A DNA stretch of 64,000 bases from Cetorhinus maximus. Its lineage: Eukaryota. This document shows, piece after piece, positions 11,915-25,100 of this stretch; the first letter of the stretch is position 1; each line of letters begins with the position of its first letter. The position numbers and the translations under genes were made by a program. Under the pieces are notes generated by a model. The model did not search any database. It was not told the DNA's origin and saw nothing but the letters and a program-made list of their open reading frames with translations. The stretch covers positions 26,102,001 through 26,166,000 of the forward strand of contig NC_135901.1 in assembly GCF_964194155.1 (NCBI RefSeq), given 5' to 3'.

Positions 11915-13530
11915 TCCTGACTTGTCTGACATCCAGCACTGGATGACCAGAAATTTTCTCCATTTAAGTATTGGGAAGACCAAAGCCATTGTCTTCAGAC
12001 CCCGTTACAAATTCCACTCCCTGGCCACCGACTCCATCCCTCTCCCTGGTAACTGTCTGAGGCCAAACCAGTCTGTTCACAACCGCTGGGTCATATTTCA
12101 CCCAAAAATTAGCTTCAAACCACATATATGCATCATCGCCAAGGCCGCCCATTCCCACCTCAGTAACATCGCCCGACTCTGCCGAGTCCCTGCTCATCTT
12201 TTGCTGAAACTCTCATTCGTTCTTTTGTCACCTCTCGACTTAACACTCCCAGCCGTCCTCCCACATTCAGCCTCCCTGTAAACATGACACCAAGTCTTGT
12301 ACCCCCATCACCCCAGTGCTCGCTGACCTACAAAGGCTCCTGATTAAGAAGAACCTAAGTTTTAAAATTCTCATCCTTATTTCCTTATTTCTTATCCTTA
12401 TATCCTTATTTCTCCATGGCCCCTCCCTAACTCTGTAATCTCCTCCAGCCTCACAACCCTCTGAGATATCTGCACTCCACTAATTCTGACATCCTGAACA
12501 TTCCCGATTTTAATTTAACCCTGAAAAGTGTGAGGTGATACACTTTGGAAGGAATAATTTGACAAGGAAGTTTTCAGTGAATGGCATGACACTAGGAAGT
12601 TCTGAGGAACAAAGGGACCTTGGTGTGTGTGTCCATAGATCTCTGAAGGTGGAGGGGCATGTCAGTGGGGTGGTGAAAAAGGCATATGGGACACTTGCTT
12701 TTATCAATCAAGGCATAGATTACAAAAGTAGGGAGATCAACTTGGTGAGGCCACAGCTGGAGTACTTGTGCAGTTCTGGTCGCCACATTATAGGAAGGAT
12801 GCGATTACACTGGAGGGGGTGCAGAGGAGATTCACCAGGATGTTGCCTGGGATGAAACATTTAAGTTATGAAGAGAGGTTGGATAGACTTGGATAGTTTT
12901 CGTTGGAGCAGAGAAGACTGAGGGGTGACCTGATCGAGGTGTACAAGATTATGAGGGGCATGGACAGGGTGGATAGGGAGCAGCTGTTCCCCTTGGTTGA
13001 AGGGTCAGTCATGAGGGGACATAAGTTCAAGGTGAGGGGCAGGAGGTTTAGGGGGGATGTGAGGAAAAATTTGTTTACCCAGACAGTCTGGAATGCGCTG
13101 CCTGGGAGGGTGGTGGAGGTGGGTTGCCTCACATCCTTTAAAAAGTACCTTGATGAGCACTTGGCAAGTCATAACATTCAAGGCTATGGGCCAAGTGCTG
13201 GTAAATGGGATTAGGTATGTGTTTCTCACGTGTCGGTGCAGACTCGATGGGCCGTGTGATTCTGTGAATTGTTCCACCTTTGGTGGTCAAGCCTTCAGCT
13301 GCCAAAGCCAAAAGCTGTGGAATTTCCTCCATGAACCTCTCTGTCTCTCTACCTCACTTTCCTCTTTTAAGATACTCCTTAAAAAACTATGTTTGACCAA
13401 ACTATTGGTCACCTGCCCTAACATCTCATTATGTAGGTTTAGTGTGAAATGTTGCTGTATAACACTCCTGTGAACACACATTGGAATGTTCTATTACATG
13501 AAAGGTGCTATATAAATTCACATTGTTGTT
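11915..13530 (+). mobile_element. Decayed L2 3' region in the ZNF intron
   Basis: SDIQHWMTRNFLHLSIGKTKAIVF; L2-type tail aaaggtgctatataaat near 13501-13517. Confidence 0.7.
12512..13267 (+). mobile_element. Young CR1 3' fragment (ATTCTGTG-tail family) nested in L2
   Basis: IHFGRNNLTRKFSVNGMTLGSSEEQRDLGV; near-identical to 16262-17074 apart from small deletions. Confidence 0.9.
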
Positions 13531-14387
13531 GACTTGGACATAAACAGCTGTTCCTTCATCATCACTGGGTGAAGACCCTGTGACTCCTTACCTAACAGCA
13601 TTGTGGGAGCATCTTCACCACACGGACTGCAGCGGTTCAAGAAGGTCAAACATCATCCTCTCCACAGGTAACTGGGGATGAGTTATATCTGCTGCTGGTC
13701 TTGTTAGTAAAAGGGCAGGAGAGTGGGCACTGGCGGGACAGGCTTAAATAACCTCTGTCTGTATTGTAACGATTCCATGATTCTATGACTCAATGAAACA
13801 GGACCTATACTGGAGGCCAAAGACGGACTTCAGCCATCAACGCCCACCCTGCAACAAATCGTCTCTGACCTGGTCCGACTGTGTTCCCAGATTCGGTTTT
13901 GGGAGCAATGCCTGCAATAAAATAATAGCAACAGACTGCGGCTGCTGAAAATCTGAAAGATAAAGAGGAAATGCTGGAAATTCTCAGCAGCTCAGTCACT
14001 ACCTGTAGAGAGAGAAAAAGAGTTAACGTTTCAGGGTGTGCAGAATGAATTATGGGGAATAAAAACGGTGCAGAATTTGATGTTTGAAATAAGCTCAGAA
14101 GTGGAAGAGGAATGGACTATAGCGCAGGAAAAACAATTCCTGATTATGAAAGATACTGTGGGAAGATAAAGCTGGTAAGTCAGCAGCACACGGTCAGGGG
14201 ATGGGTGGCCGTGGAAACCTCATTTAGACACAGTCGACAGAAATAACAGTGCAATACTAAACAAAGCTAATATACACCCATTATTAGAGACAAAGGAAGT
14301 TAAACAATGACAGATAGGTGATTGGGGAGGGCAGAGGTAAAAGTATCACAGACACAGATTTAAGATTATTGGTAAGATCAACAGGGG

Positions 14388-17074
14388 TCTTGTGTTAAGG
14401 AGTCAGTTACTGCAGTAAGGAGAGATGATATCTTGGAGGGGGCATCGAATGAAGCTTTGTGGATAGTGCTTAGGAATAAAAAAGGGGCAGCCACATTGTT
14501 AGGTGTTTATTATAGACCCCCAGATAGTCAGCGGGAAATTGAGGAGCAAATATCCACAATTTGTGGAGGTGTGTAAAAACAATAACAATAGGGTAAACAT
14601 ATTAGGTGATTTCAACTTTCCCAACATTAATTGGGATAGACATAGTGTCAAGGGCTTGGATGGAGTGGATTTCTTGAAATGTGTACAGGAGAACTTTTTA
14701 GGTCAATATGTAGAGGGTCCAACAAGGGACAGCACAGTGCTGGACCTAATTCTGGGGAATGAAGCCAGACAGGTGGCTGAGGTGGTGGTGGGCAAGCATT
14801 TTAGCGATAGCGACCACAACATGGTACAGTTTAAGCTTGTTATGGACAAAGAAATCGACAAATTGCAAAAAATTGTTTGGGATTGGGGGAGAGTGGATTT
14901 TCATAAAATAAGGCAGGATCTGGCCAAGGTAGACTAGGGAACAGTTACTTGTGGGGACATCTACAGAGGAGCAGTAGGGGGTGTTCAAAAAGGAAATGGG
15001 GAGGGTACAGGCTCAACATTTTCCCTCTAGGGTGATAGGAAGGAGTAACAAGCCCAGAGAACAATGGATGACCAGGTTACGATAAGAAGGAAAAGAGAGG
15101 CTTTTAGCAGGTACAAGGGAAGCAAATCAGCAGAGGCATGAGTGGAGTTCAGAAAATGCAGCGTGGAGCTTAAGAAACCAATTAGGAAAGCAAAGAGGGG
15201 ATATGAGAAAGCTCTGGCTGGTAAAAATAGGGAAAATCCCAAGATATTCTATTAGTATATCAATGGGAAGAGGATAACCAGGGAAAAAGTAGGGCCTAAA
15301 AGGGACCAAGGGGGAAATCTATGGGTGGAGCCAGAGAACATCACTAGAGTGTTGAATGAATGTTTCACATCCGTCTTCACCCAGGAGAATGAGGATGAAG
15401 GTATGGAACTCGGAGAGAAAGACTGCGAGGTTATTAAGCAAATTGATATAGGGAGTGACAAGGTATTGGAGTGTTGGCAGGCTTAAAAGTGGACAAATCT
15501 CCAGGTCCAGATGATTTGTGTGCCAGACTGCTGAGGGAGGCAAGGGAGGAGATCGCAGGGGCACTGACCCAAATTTTTAATTCCACTCTGGCCACAGGGG
15601 AGGTTCCAGAGGACTGGAGAACAGCTAATGTGGTTCCGCTATTTAAGAAGGGTTGTAGAGATAAGCCAGGGAACTACAGGTCATTAAGTCTCATGTCAGT
15701 GGTAGGGAAACTATTGGAGAAAGTTCTGAAGGAGAGTATCTATCTCCACTTGGAGAGGCAAGGTTTGCTCAGGGATAGTCAGCATGGCTTTGTCAGAGGG
15801 AGGTCATGCCTAACAAATTTGATTGACTTTTTTGAGGAGGTGACCAGGTGTGTTGATGAGGGTAGTGCAGTTGATGTAGTTTATATGGAATACAGCAAAG
15901 CCTTTGACAAGGTCCCACATGGGAGACTTATAAAGAAGGCAAATGCACATGGGATACAGGGTAATTTGATGAGGTGGATTCAAAATTGGCTTAGTTGTAG
16001 GAGGCAGAGGGTGATGACAGAAGGATGCTTTAGTGACTGGAAGCCAATGTCCAGTGGCGTACCACAGGGATCTGTGCTCGGTCCCCTATTATTTGTCATT
16101 TATATAAAACGACATAGATGACTATGTGGGGAGGGTGTAGGATTAGTAAGTTTGCGGATGACACAAAGATTGGCCAGGTAGTTAACAGTGAGGTTGAGTG
16201 TCTTGGGTTACAGGAAGATATAGACGGGATGGTCAAATGGGCAGATAAGTGGCAGATGGAATTGAACCCTGAAAAGTGTGAAGTAATACACTTTGGAAGG
16301 AGTAATTTGACAAGGAAGCATTCAATGAACGGCATGACACTAGGAAATTCTGAGGAACAAAGGGACCTCGGCGTGTGTGTCCATAGATCTCAGAAGGCAG
16401 AGGGGCATGTTGGTGGGGTGGTGAAAAAGGCATATGGGACACTTGCCTTTATCAATCAAGGCATAGATTACAAAAGTAGGGAGGTCATGTTGGAGTTGTA
16501 TGGAACCTTGGTGAGGCCACAGCTGGAGTACTGTGTGCAGTTCTGGTCGCCACATTATAGGAAGGATGTGATTACACTGGAGGGGGTGCAGAGGAGATTC
16601 ACCAGGATGTTGCCTGGGATGAAACATTTAAGTTATGAAGACAGGTTGGATAGACTTGGGTTGTTGTTGTTGGAGCAGAGAAGACTGAGGGGCGACCTGA
16701 TCGAGGTGTACAAGATTATGAGGGGCATGGACAGGGTGGATAGGGAGCAGCTGTTCCCCTTAGTTGAAGGGTCAGTCACAAGGGGGCATAAGTTCAAGGT
16801 GAGGGGCAGGAGGTTTAGGGGGGAATGTGAGGAAAAACGTTTTTACCCAGAGGGTGGTGACGGTCTGGAATGCGCTGCCTGGGAGGGTGGTGAGGCGGGT
16901 TGCCTCACATCCTTTAAAAAGTACCTGGATGAGCACTTGGCACGTCATAACATTCAAGGCTATGGGTCAAGTGCTGGTAAATGGGATTAGGTAGGTAGGT
17001 AGGTCAGGTGTTTCTCATGTGTCAGTGCAGACTCGATGGGCCGAAGGGCCTCTTCTGCACTGTGAGATTCTGTG
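14388..17074 (+). mobile_element. Young 5'-truncated CR1 LINE, APE endonuclease plus RT, disrupted
   Basis: ILGDFNFPNINW and SDHN (APE); [34 protein letters not shown] (RT); tail gattctgtg. Confidence 0.95.
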
Positions 17075-17139
17075 AGGACGAAATTTCACAACGTGAGTGT
17101 TAATAACCTGGAACTCAATACTTAAACTCAAAGGTTGAT

Positions 17140-17218
17140 GAATGGAGTGACTCGGGTCAGATCTTAATGTGATGTTTGGTTTTAGTTTGCTGTGTGCATA
17201 TCCTCCCTTTCTAACCCC
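17140..17218 (-). other. Orphan copy of the 5' end of the ZNF coding exon (acceptor plus linker)
   Basis: ttttacAG|ggggttagaaagggaggat...aaccaaacatcacattaagatctgac matches the exon starts at 4335, 26662 and 58809 but no fingers follow. Confidence 0.6.
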
Positions 17219-17299
17219 CTGTAAAAGGAGTTTCCAAAATCCATCCCTGTCAGTCCAGGGTAGAAATGCACAATATTCTCTCCTCCTGCTGACAGGGGA

Positions 17300-17730
17300 C
17301 AGGGACGACCGCGCACGCGCATTGCTGCACATTGACCCGGTAAAGATGGCGGTTGTTAACCCGGGCCTATCGCTGGAGACGCGATCCCGCAGCCTCCGTC
17401 CCACAGATACAAACTCGACACCAGTAGCTTCTCATTCTGAGTTCAGAGCCGCATCGTGTACTTACGAACCCGCCCCGTCCACCCACCGGCTCCGTTTCTC
17501 CCTCTACTCCGCAAATTCTCTTACCGCCTGAAGTTGAGACAAACAAGCGTCTTTCCATCGCCATTACCCGCACTGCGCATGCTCCAGATCACAATTTTCG
17601 GGGAATGATTGACGGCGGTTTATAACCAATAGGAATAGGGGGCAGGGCTGGAGGACCGAGCGGCTGGCCCCCCAACCAATCGGAGTGAATGAGGGGCGGG
17701 GCTTATCCCAGATCTTCCTCATTGGCTGAA
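17300..17730 (-). promoter_or_regulatory. CpG-island promoter/first exon (probably for ZNF 10274-11395)
   Basis: CpG-rich; YY1-type AAGATGGCGG 17343-17352; NRF1-like TGCGCATGC near 17574; several CCAAT boxes; GC box near 17692; candidate donors GTAAGT 17465 and GTAAGA 17525. Confidence 0.65.
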
Positions 17731-17899
17731 ACTCTTCTCATTTTGAAAGCTAATTTGCCTCAAACTGCAGGGGAAAATTGGATCTTTCTGTTTGTGGCTT
17801 TAAACAGATGAAACCCTGTGGGTGTGGAGTAAACATTTCAACATTTGTCACTGAAATGTGGGAACATGATGAAACAATGCAAACAATTGACCGACTTTA

Positions 17900-18615
17900 T
17901 CTGTATAAAATAAAGGGAGAGCCTCTAATGGTGGTGCAGAAACACAGGGACCTCGGTGTACATGTCATTGATGGTGAAAGGGCATGTTGAGAGAGCAGTT
18001 AATAAAACATTTAGTATCTTAGGCTTTATTAATGGGGCATTGAGTACAATAGTAAGCAGGTCACGTTGAATTTGTATGAGACACTATTTAAGCCTCATTT
18101 GGAGTATACGTCCAGTTCTGGGCACCATACTTGAGGGCGGATGTGAAGACATTGGAGAGAGTACAGAGGAGATTCACAAGAATGCTTGCCAGGATGAGCA
18201 TGAGGATAGATTGGAGAGTTTGGGACTGTTTTCATAGGAGAAAAGAAGGCTGAGAGGAGACTTGATAGAAGTCAAAATCCTGAGGGTATGGACAGGATAA
18301 ATAATGAAACTGTTCCCACTCAAGAGAACATCAAGAACTAGAGGGCACACTTTCAAAATAATTGGCAAAAGGATTAAAAGTAATGTGAGGAATTTTTTTT
18401 CACCCAGAGAGTGGTTGGAGTCTGGAACAAACTTCCTGAAAGAGGCAGGATGCTTGAGGTATTCAAAAGGGAATTGGATTGCCACCTGAAAAGAGACAAT
18501 GTGCAAAGTTACAGGGATAAGGCAGGGAAGTGGGACGAGGTAGAATGCTCTTTTCAGAGAGCTAGTACAAACTTAATGGGCTGAATGGTCTCCTTTTGCA
18601 CTGTAAAGATACTGT
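17900..18615 (+). mobile_element. Older CR1 3' fragment
   Basis: QKHRDLGVHV, KLFPLKRTSRTRGH; absent from the paralogous region near 60600 (empty site). Confidence 0.8.
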
Positions 18616-20832
18616 GAATAACTGGGCGGAGAGGGAATGTCACCATTAGAACAAGGAGAGTCCTTGGTTTCAATAAATGAACTGGCAGAAGGGTTAGGAC
18701 AGGTTCAAGAAAAGGTTAATACTGTCATCATTCAGAAAAACACATGATAAAGGAACTGATTTCAAAGACAATCTCTAGTTGTTTGTGTGTGATGGGGAGT
18801 GCTGGGCCACGTTCAAAGGAATTAAATGATAAATGTCTGTATTGGACAATCACATGAAAATGTGAATTCAGATGAGGATATGGATTGGTGTTAGGTGGCA
18901 AGATCTGGATCTGTGTATTACTCCAGGAAGCCTTAAAATCAGAGTGACAGTATTTCAGAAGCTAGGTTCAAAATACACAGGGGTGGCGGACAAATTCATC
19001 CCCAAAACGCCTGTGAAAATTCTATCATGGGAGCAGCCACTGGAAGAAAAATTACCCCCCGTATGTGGGAGACAGGACCTGTGAGGATCAGCTCCTCCAA
19101 TGACTGATTCTGCCTCTCATGATTTTGCTGCTTCTCCAGACAGAATCTGTGATTGGAGGAGCAGCTTTGCCATCCATTTTGAGGAAGGAAGCTTGCGAGC
19201 GTGCTGCCTGAGTCAGTGATGTGTGCAGGAGCTGTATCTCCCTGGGACGGAACTAGGTTTCAGAGCAGTGTGAGCCTCGTAAAGAGTGAATCAACCTGCA
19301 GAGAAGCACAGAACTCTCTCCATTCTGCCAAGTGAGCCTTGATTATTTTTATATATCTCAGGAGGTGGGTTGAAACACTCACAAGTGTACAGTACAGGTA
19401 TTTGAGTAACCAGGTATTGTGAACTCACTGGCTAATCACATATGCCAAATTAGAAGTTGAGATATATTTGTCAAGGTTTACATTCTTAAACAGTTATGTG
19501 CTGGTTAACGCTCACAGGCAACATACAGAACCCCCGTTCTGAGCTGATCTCAGCTGGTATAGTGATGTTACTGATGAATTTTGAATGTAATTATGCACAC
19601 AATGAAGATCAGAAAGACAAGAGTTTTTTCCTGCTCCACCATCTGATCCAAAAAACATTCTGCGTTTATTTACCAAATATAAGCGCTTTATGATTTGAAC
19701 AGTATTCAATAAAATGAGTAAAACCTGAAACCAAGGATAAAAAGTATCTGGTTAACTTAATTTCAACAAAATGGAATGTGTTCAATCTACTTTGATCAAT
19801 GCAGCAGGTCCTGTTTTTATCCAGAAAGAGGTTCACTTGACATAGAATGTTAGAAAGTGTCTTTATTTGATGATAGGTGAATATAATTGTCAGGGGGTTT
19901 GATATAAACCCTGCCAAGTGCTACTTTTTCAAATCAGTTTTCCAAAGAGAAAAGGAGCACAGACAGAGTTGACAGCAACTTCAGCTTATCCATAGACAGT
20001 GAAAACAATGTCAGTCAGTCATGCAGTGAGACTGCACATGAGGCAGATCCTTTCTATAATACGTTTGTTTTTAGAAATACAGAACTTATAAACTTCCCAT
20101 GTAAGTGCAGGAAATTCAACATCTGCACTTTCACCTCCTCCTTTCCCACTGTCCAGGGGCTGTTCATTCCCAATAAGTTACCTTGTATCAAATGGTTGGA
20201 ATTTTCATGAAGGAAATGGAGTATGGGAGATTAATTTAAAATAAATTAACAAAAACATCTTACTTATAGATTCCAAGTTAAAAGATTTAATACATACACA
20301 GTGTGCGGTATTTGTGCTGTTATCTATTGAAAGATGGGACACCCAAAAAGATCAACGTAAATACACAAGATAATGTTACTGTGTGACTGTAGCACCTAAT
20401 AGTGAGAATGAAAAAGGAGCCCCTGAAACCCAACTCGTAGTTCTCCGAAATCAAAGAATAGCCCTCAAGAAAATCTCAAGAGCCTTTGAAGAAAAAAATA
20501 TTTTGACAGCTGTATCTTTGAGATACTGAATGGTAGATTTTGCACCAAAGGTCAATTTAAGATTCAAAAAGAAGTTCATAATTTTATTGTAAGTGGGTTC
20601 CTCTTGAGAGTTCTTAAACTAAGGAGAAAGATCACAGATGGTGCTTTTAAAAAGGGACACTGCAGCCTCGAAAGTCAGTGACATCTCCAGAATATTAAAC
20701 TCCACCCAGTTATTGGGCTAACATCAGCATAAAGAAACAAAATATTGTCAGGCTATCAATACTAAACACGACTAACAGCAGGAATAACAGCAGAATCCGA
20801 TCCCTGCAGTCACTTATGAACTTGCTGATGTC

Positions 20833-21651
20833 TCAGGAGGCATCATGACTGAGTGAATCCCTTTCCACACACATAGAGTTGAATGGTCTCTTCTCAGTGT
20901 GAATGCGTTGGTGGGTCAGCAGGTTGAAAGACTTTGCAAATCCCTTCCCACACAGCGAGCAAGTGAATGGTCTCTCCCCAGTGTGAACTCGCTGGTGTGC
21001 AGTGAGATTGGATGACCGATTGAATCCTTTCCCACACACGGAGCAGATGAACGGTCTCTCCCCAGTGTGAACTCGATGATGTAAAACGAGGTTGGAAGAC
21101 TGCCTGAACCTCTTTCCACAGTAAGTGCAGCTGAATGGCTTCTCCTCAGTGTGAGTTCGCAGGTGTCTCAGCAGGGTGGGCAAAACCGTGAATCCCTTCC
21201 CACACGTGGAGCAGGTGAACGGTCTCTCCCCAGTGTGAACTCGCTGGTGTAATGCTAGGTTGGATGACTGAGTGAATCTCTTACCACACTCAGAGCAGGT
21301 GAACAGCCTCTCCCCAGTGTGAGTGCGTTGGTGTGCAGTGAGGGCAGAAGAATGCCTGAATTTCTTCCCACAGGAAGTGCAGTTGAATGGTTTCTCCTCA
21401 GAGTGAATTCGCTGGTGTGACCAAAGGCCAGATGACTGAGTGAATCCCTGCCCACACACAGGGCAGGTGAACGGCCTCTCCCCGCTATGAACTCGCTGGT
21501 GTAATGATAGGTTGGATGACTGAGTGAATCCCTTTCCACACTCGGAGCAGGTGAACGGCCTCTCCCCAGTGTGACTGCGTTGATGGTTTTCCAGCAGGGA
21601 TGGGTAACTGAATCCTTTCCCACAATCATCACATTTCCACAGTTTCTCCAT
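20833..21651 (-). CDS. C2H2 zinc-finger protein (type B, 9 intact fingers; 10th frameshifted)
   Basis: ATG-initiated MEKLWKC...; the ancestral end HQQVHK* lies in another frame at about 20810-20835; acceptor exon start 22007; AATAAA on minus strand at 20583-20588. Confidence 0.75.
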   Translation of the reverse strand: MEKLWKCDDCGKGFSYPSLLENHQRSHTGERPFTCSECGKGFTQSSNLSLHQRVHSGERPFTCPVCGQGFTQSSGLWSHQRIHSEEKPFNCTSCGKKFRHSSALTAHQRTHTGERLFTCSECGKRFTQSSNLALHQRVHTGERPFTCSTCGKGFTVLPTLLRHLRTHTEEKPFSCTYCGKRFRQSSNLVLHHRVHTGERPFICSVCGKGFNRSSNLTAHQRVHTGERPFTCSLCGKGFAKSFNLLTHQRIHTEKRPFNSMCVERDSLSHDAS

Positions 21652-22044
21652 TGTGTGGGTGCGTTTGTGTTCCTATAGGTTGGACAATTGCTTGAAGCCT
21701 CATCCACACAGAACATGTGCACAGCTTCTCCCTCCTGTGAATACTGTGATGTTTTCCTCAGGCTGTGTGACTGGTTAAAACTCTTCCCACAGTCAGTTCA
21801 CTGGAACACTCTCTCTCGGGTCTGTGTCTTGGTGCTGTTCCAGTCACACTGATGTTTGAAATCTTTTCCCTCAGACAGAACAAACATTTCTTCTTCCACA
21901 TTCAAAGGCGGATGATATTGAGGTCCCGATGAATGGAATGACTCAACCAAAACTTGATATGAGGTTTGATCTGAATTTCACTTCTGCAATCCTTCACTTC
22001 GAAGTGGCTGTGAAAGAAGTTCACTAAAGTCATCACCATAGGTA

Positions 22045-22375
22045 TTTTTCTTTTCTCTTCCCGTGCCCAGTGGCATATGATGTAGACAAATCATGTGCTT
22101 ACATCTGTTTCCATAGCTACTTCGTCCTGGAACAGTTTGCTAGCCTATCACCAGAGACAATTGCATGAGGGTGCTATCACACATCAAGCACAGCTGACCA
22201 GGGGACTCTCCCACTCTTACTGCCTGTCATTGGCATTTTGGAAGGATTTACAGGTTCATAAGCAACCTGTTTGGAATACACTGTATGAGCACGTCGTCCA
22301 TGGCCATCAAGTCCTTAAGTGGAACCTGGAGCTTCAGCTCAGAGGCAGGGACACTACTCAATGCGCCACAAGTTC
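22045..22375 (-). mobile_element. tRNA-head SINE in the ZNF intron
   Basis: Minus-strand head gtggcgcattgagtagtg...ggttcc (A/B-box like); T-rich tail at 22045; catcac duplication on both sides; absent in the paralogue near 58835. Confidence 0.55.
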
Positions 22376-22609
22376 TTCCCCATCACTGTAAGAACAGAAC
22401 AGGAATTCAAAACGGACAATTCTAGTTTCTCTCGAACATAAATTTACCTCCCTTGTTCCTCCAGAGCTGTGAATCCCTGTCACACAAGCTCTCACTCCTC
22501 CCTGTGCTGAAATCCAAACCCCCCATCGCGCCATCTCCACCATTCCCTTCCTACACTCACATTTACTTCCTCCCTCTCCTTTGCTCTGACTGGGTTCAAT
22601 TCTCAAGCC

Positions 22610-23500
22610 TTTGTGTGCAAAGTGAGAACAAAATCAATGAATCAATCATTTTCTCTCCTGATCACTGGGACCCTGAAGCCCCGCCCACTCTCTGTTGCTT
22701 CACCGAAATGGCCGCACATAAAGCATAAAGTCCCGGAGCTGCAAAACGCGGGACCTGCAGGTTCTTACTGGGGGTTTGGGGCCTCCAGCGGGTGTTTCTG
22801 AATCCTCCCCGCCCACCTCCCAGGGTTTCCTTCCTTCCCACAGATCAGATTCCTCATTGATTTGAGCCCAAAGTGTAATCGCTTATTTATTGTCCCCCCT
22901 CCCCCATCCTCTGATGTGAACCATCCTCCACTCGCTGACCCAGGATGGCGGCCGTTAACCTGGGCCTGTTCCCGGGAGGGAGAAGCCCCGCAGCTGCAAA
23001 CCAGGAGCTGACAATTATTCCTCAGGGTTTGCGGATCCACAAAGTGTTTCCAAATCCTCCCCGTCCAGCCGCCGGCTCCATCGCTCCCTCCCTCCCGGGC
23101 CTGTCACCGTGGGGTAAACACGGGGCCTGGGGCCTACCCCAGAAGTTGATCCAGTTCCCAGTCCAGCCGCGGTTTCCATTCCTACCCTGTGCTCACAATC
23201 GCCTCCCGAAGCGTCCGCTCCTCCTCACTCTGTCACCATGACTGACACTGAGCATGCTCAGAGCGCACACCCACACTGCACCTGCGCACTGGGAGCTGGG
23301 CTCACCGGCTGCCGCCATCTTGGGAGAGGAAGGTGGGTCTTGTTCAGGGAGCCAGAATGATGAACGGCCATCTTGGTGAAGGCAGGGGAGTAAGGGCGGG
23401 GCTTCCTCCCCGGCGACTGGCCCGGGTTACCCGGGCAACCGGCCGCCGCCATCTTGCGCTGAGGGTTTTCCATCCGGGTCTTTAGTGAAGGAATGGACAA
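22610..23500. promoter_or_regulatory. Bidirectional CpG-island promoter between head-to-head ZNF genes
   Basis: CpG-rich; repeated YY1-type motifs (GATGGCGGC 22944; GCCGCCATCTT 23311 and 23445; GGCCATCTT 23367); lies between minus-strand ZNF 20833-21651 and plus-strand ZNF 26662-28121. Confidence 0.7.
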
Positions 23501-23604
23501 TTAGCTGGAGTTAGTTTGAAAACTGTTCAGAGGAAGGTCTGAAATCAGATTTACATCCAGATACCTGTAAGGACAATAAAGTTTACATCAATTATGTGTT
23601 TAAA

Positions 23605-23770
23605 ATGAAATCAGAATGCTGGAAATACTCAGTTCTGAAGAAGAATCATATTGGATTGGACATGTTAAATCTGTTTCTCTCTCTTCACAGAAGCTGCCAA
23701 ACCTGCTGAGGATTTCCAGAACTTTCTGTTTTTATTTCAGATTTCCAGCATTCACACTATTTTACTAAAA
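23605..23770 (+). mobile_element. Penelope-like terminal-repeat fragment with a decayed hammerhead core and an inverted 5' piece
   Basis: agttCTGAAGAagaatcatattggattggacatgttaa; preceded by the inverted piece atgctggaaatactcag. Confidence 0.55.
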
Positions 23771-24044
23771 TTATGTTTTTCTAAAAATTTGTTGTATGAC
23801 TAGTTAAGAGTAAAATAATTGTTACCATTTAAATGTACAAATCAGTGATATTTATTTGTGTAACTGAGACTCGGCTGTTCAGGAACAATGTCAGAAATCA
23901 CTTCACAGAAAATATAGTGGAAACCTGGAAATCTGTTGAGATTTCGTCAGTTAACAGTTTAAAAACTGAGATTGCTGGACATTTGTGAGGCAAGAGTATT
24001 AAGGGTTATGGAATGTGGGTGGATTTAATGTAGAAATCAGGCAC

Positions 24045-25100
24045 CTACATACTGGAGCTCAATGTCTGAGGTTGAACTGATTCTGGTTTTGCTTTGAAGG
24101 TGGTGTTGGTTTCCCGTCTGTTCTGTTGATTATATCCACGCCCATGGGTAATTTTCTCAAGGTGAGATGCAGAGAGGAAAATGGAGAATGGGGCTGGTGC
24201 AATGACGCAGCCTTGTCTGATCCCATTCTTCACTGAGATAGGGTCTGTGGTGGTTCCGTTGATGAGGATCACGGCTGTCATATCATCATGGAGTAGGCAG
24301 AGGATGGTGGCAAATTTCTGAAGACAGCCACATTTGAGGAGGATATGGATAAAATGTGATGTTTGACAATGTAAAAGGCTTTTGTGAGGACAAAAAGGCT
24401 AAGGACAGCGTTTGGTGCTGTTCCTTGCAATTTTCTTGGGTTTGCCGTGCAGTGAAGATCACGTCTCTGGTGCCTTTCGATGGGGGAAAACCGCACTGTG
24501 AATCTGGAAGGAGCTCTTTGGCCACTAAGAAAAGGTGATTGAGGAGAATCCTTGTTATGATTTTTCCTGTGGCAGGCAGCAGGGAGACTCCTCTGTAATT
24601 ACCGCAATCAGACTTGTCTCCCTTCCTGAAAATCGTCACAATCACAGTGTCCCAGAGATTCCCCAACATGGACTCTTTGGTGAGGAGGGATATGAGGTTG
24701 TGCAACCGGGCCAGGAGTGTAACTCCACCGTGTTTCAGAATTCTGGCAGGGATTCCATCTGCTCGAGAGGTCTTCTTGTTTTTCAGCTGTCAAATGGCTT
24801 TTTCATTTTCATGCTGGACCGTGGTGGCACCAAGACTGAGCCAAATGGGGTATTGAGGAATGGAGTTGAGGACCTCGAAGTCAAAAACAGAGTCTTGGTT
24901 GAGGAGTTCTTCAAAATGTTCTCTCCAGTGACACTGGCTGACTCTCTGTCCTTGATGAGCTCCCTCCGTGCTTGGCTGTCAGTGAGGTTGGCCCTTAAGT
25001 GCTTGAGCCATAGATTGTCTTGACAGCGCTGAGGAAACCACAAATGTTGTTTCTGTCCACGAGTCGTTGGATCTCCTGTGCACTTTCTGCCCACCATCTG
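24045..25100 (-). mobile_element. RTE-clade LINE, inverted 5' segment (RT N-terminal half)
   Basis: KGDKSDCGNYRGVSLL, LLPDSQCGF, IFTARQTQENCKEQ, GIRQGCVIAP; ends at ELQYV (YADD region). Confidence 0.85.
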
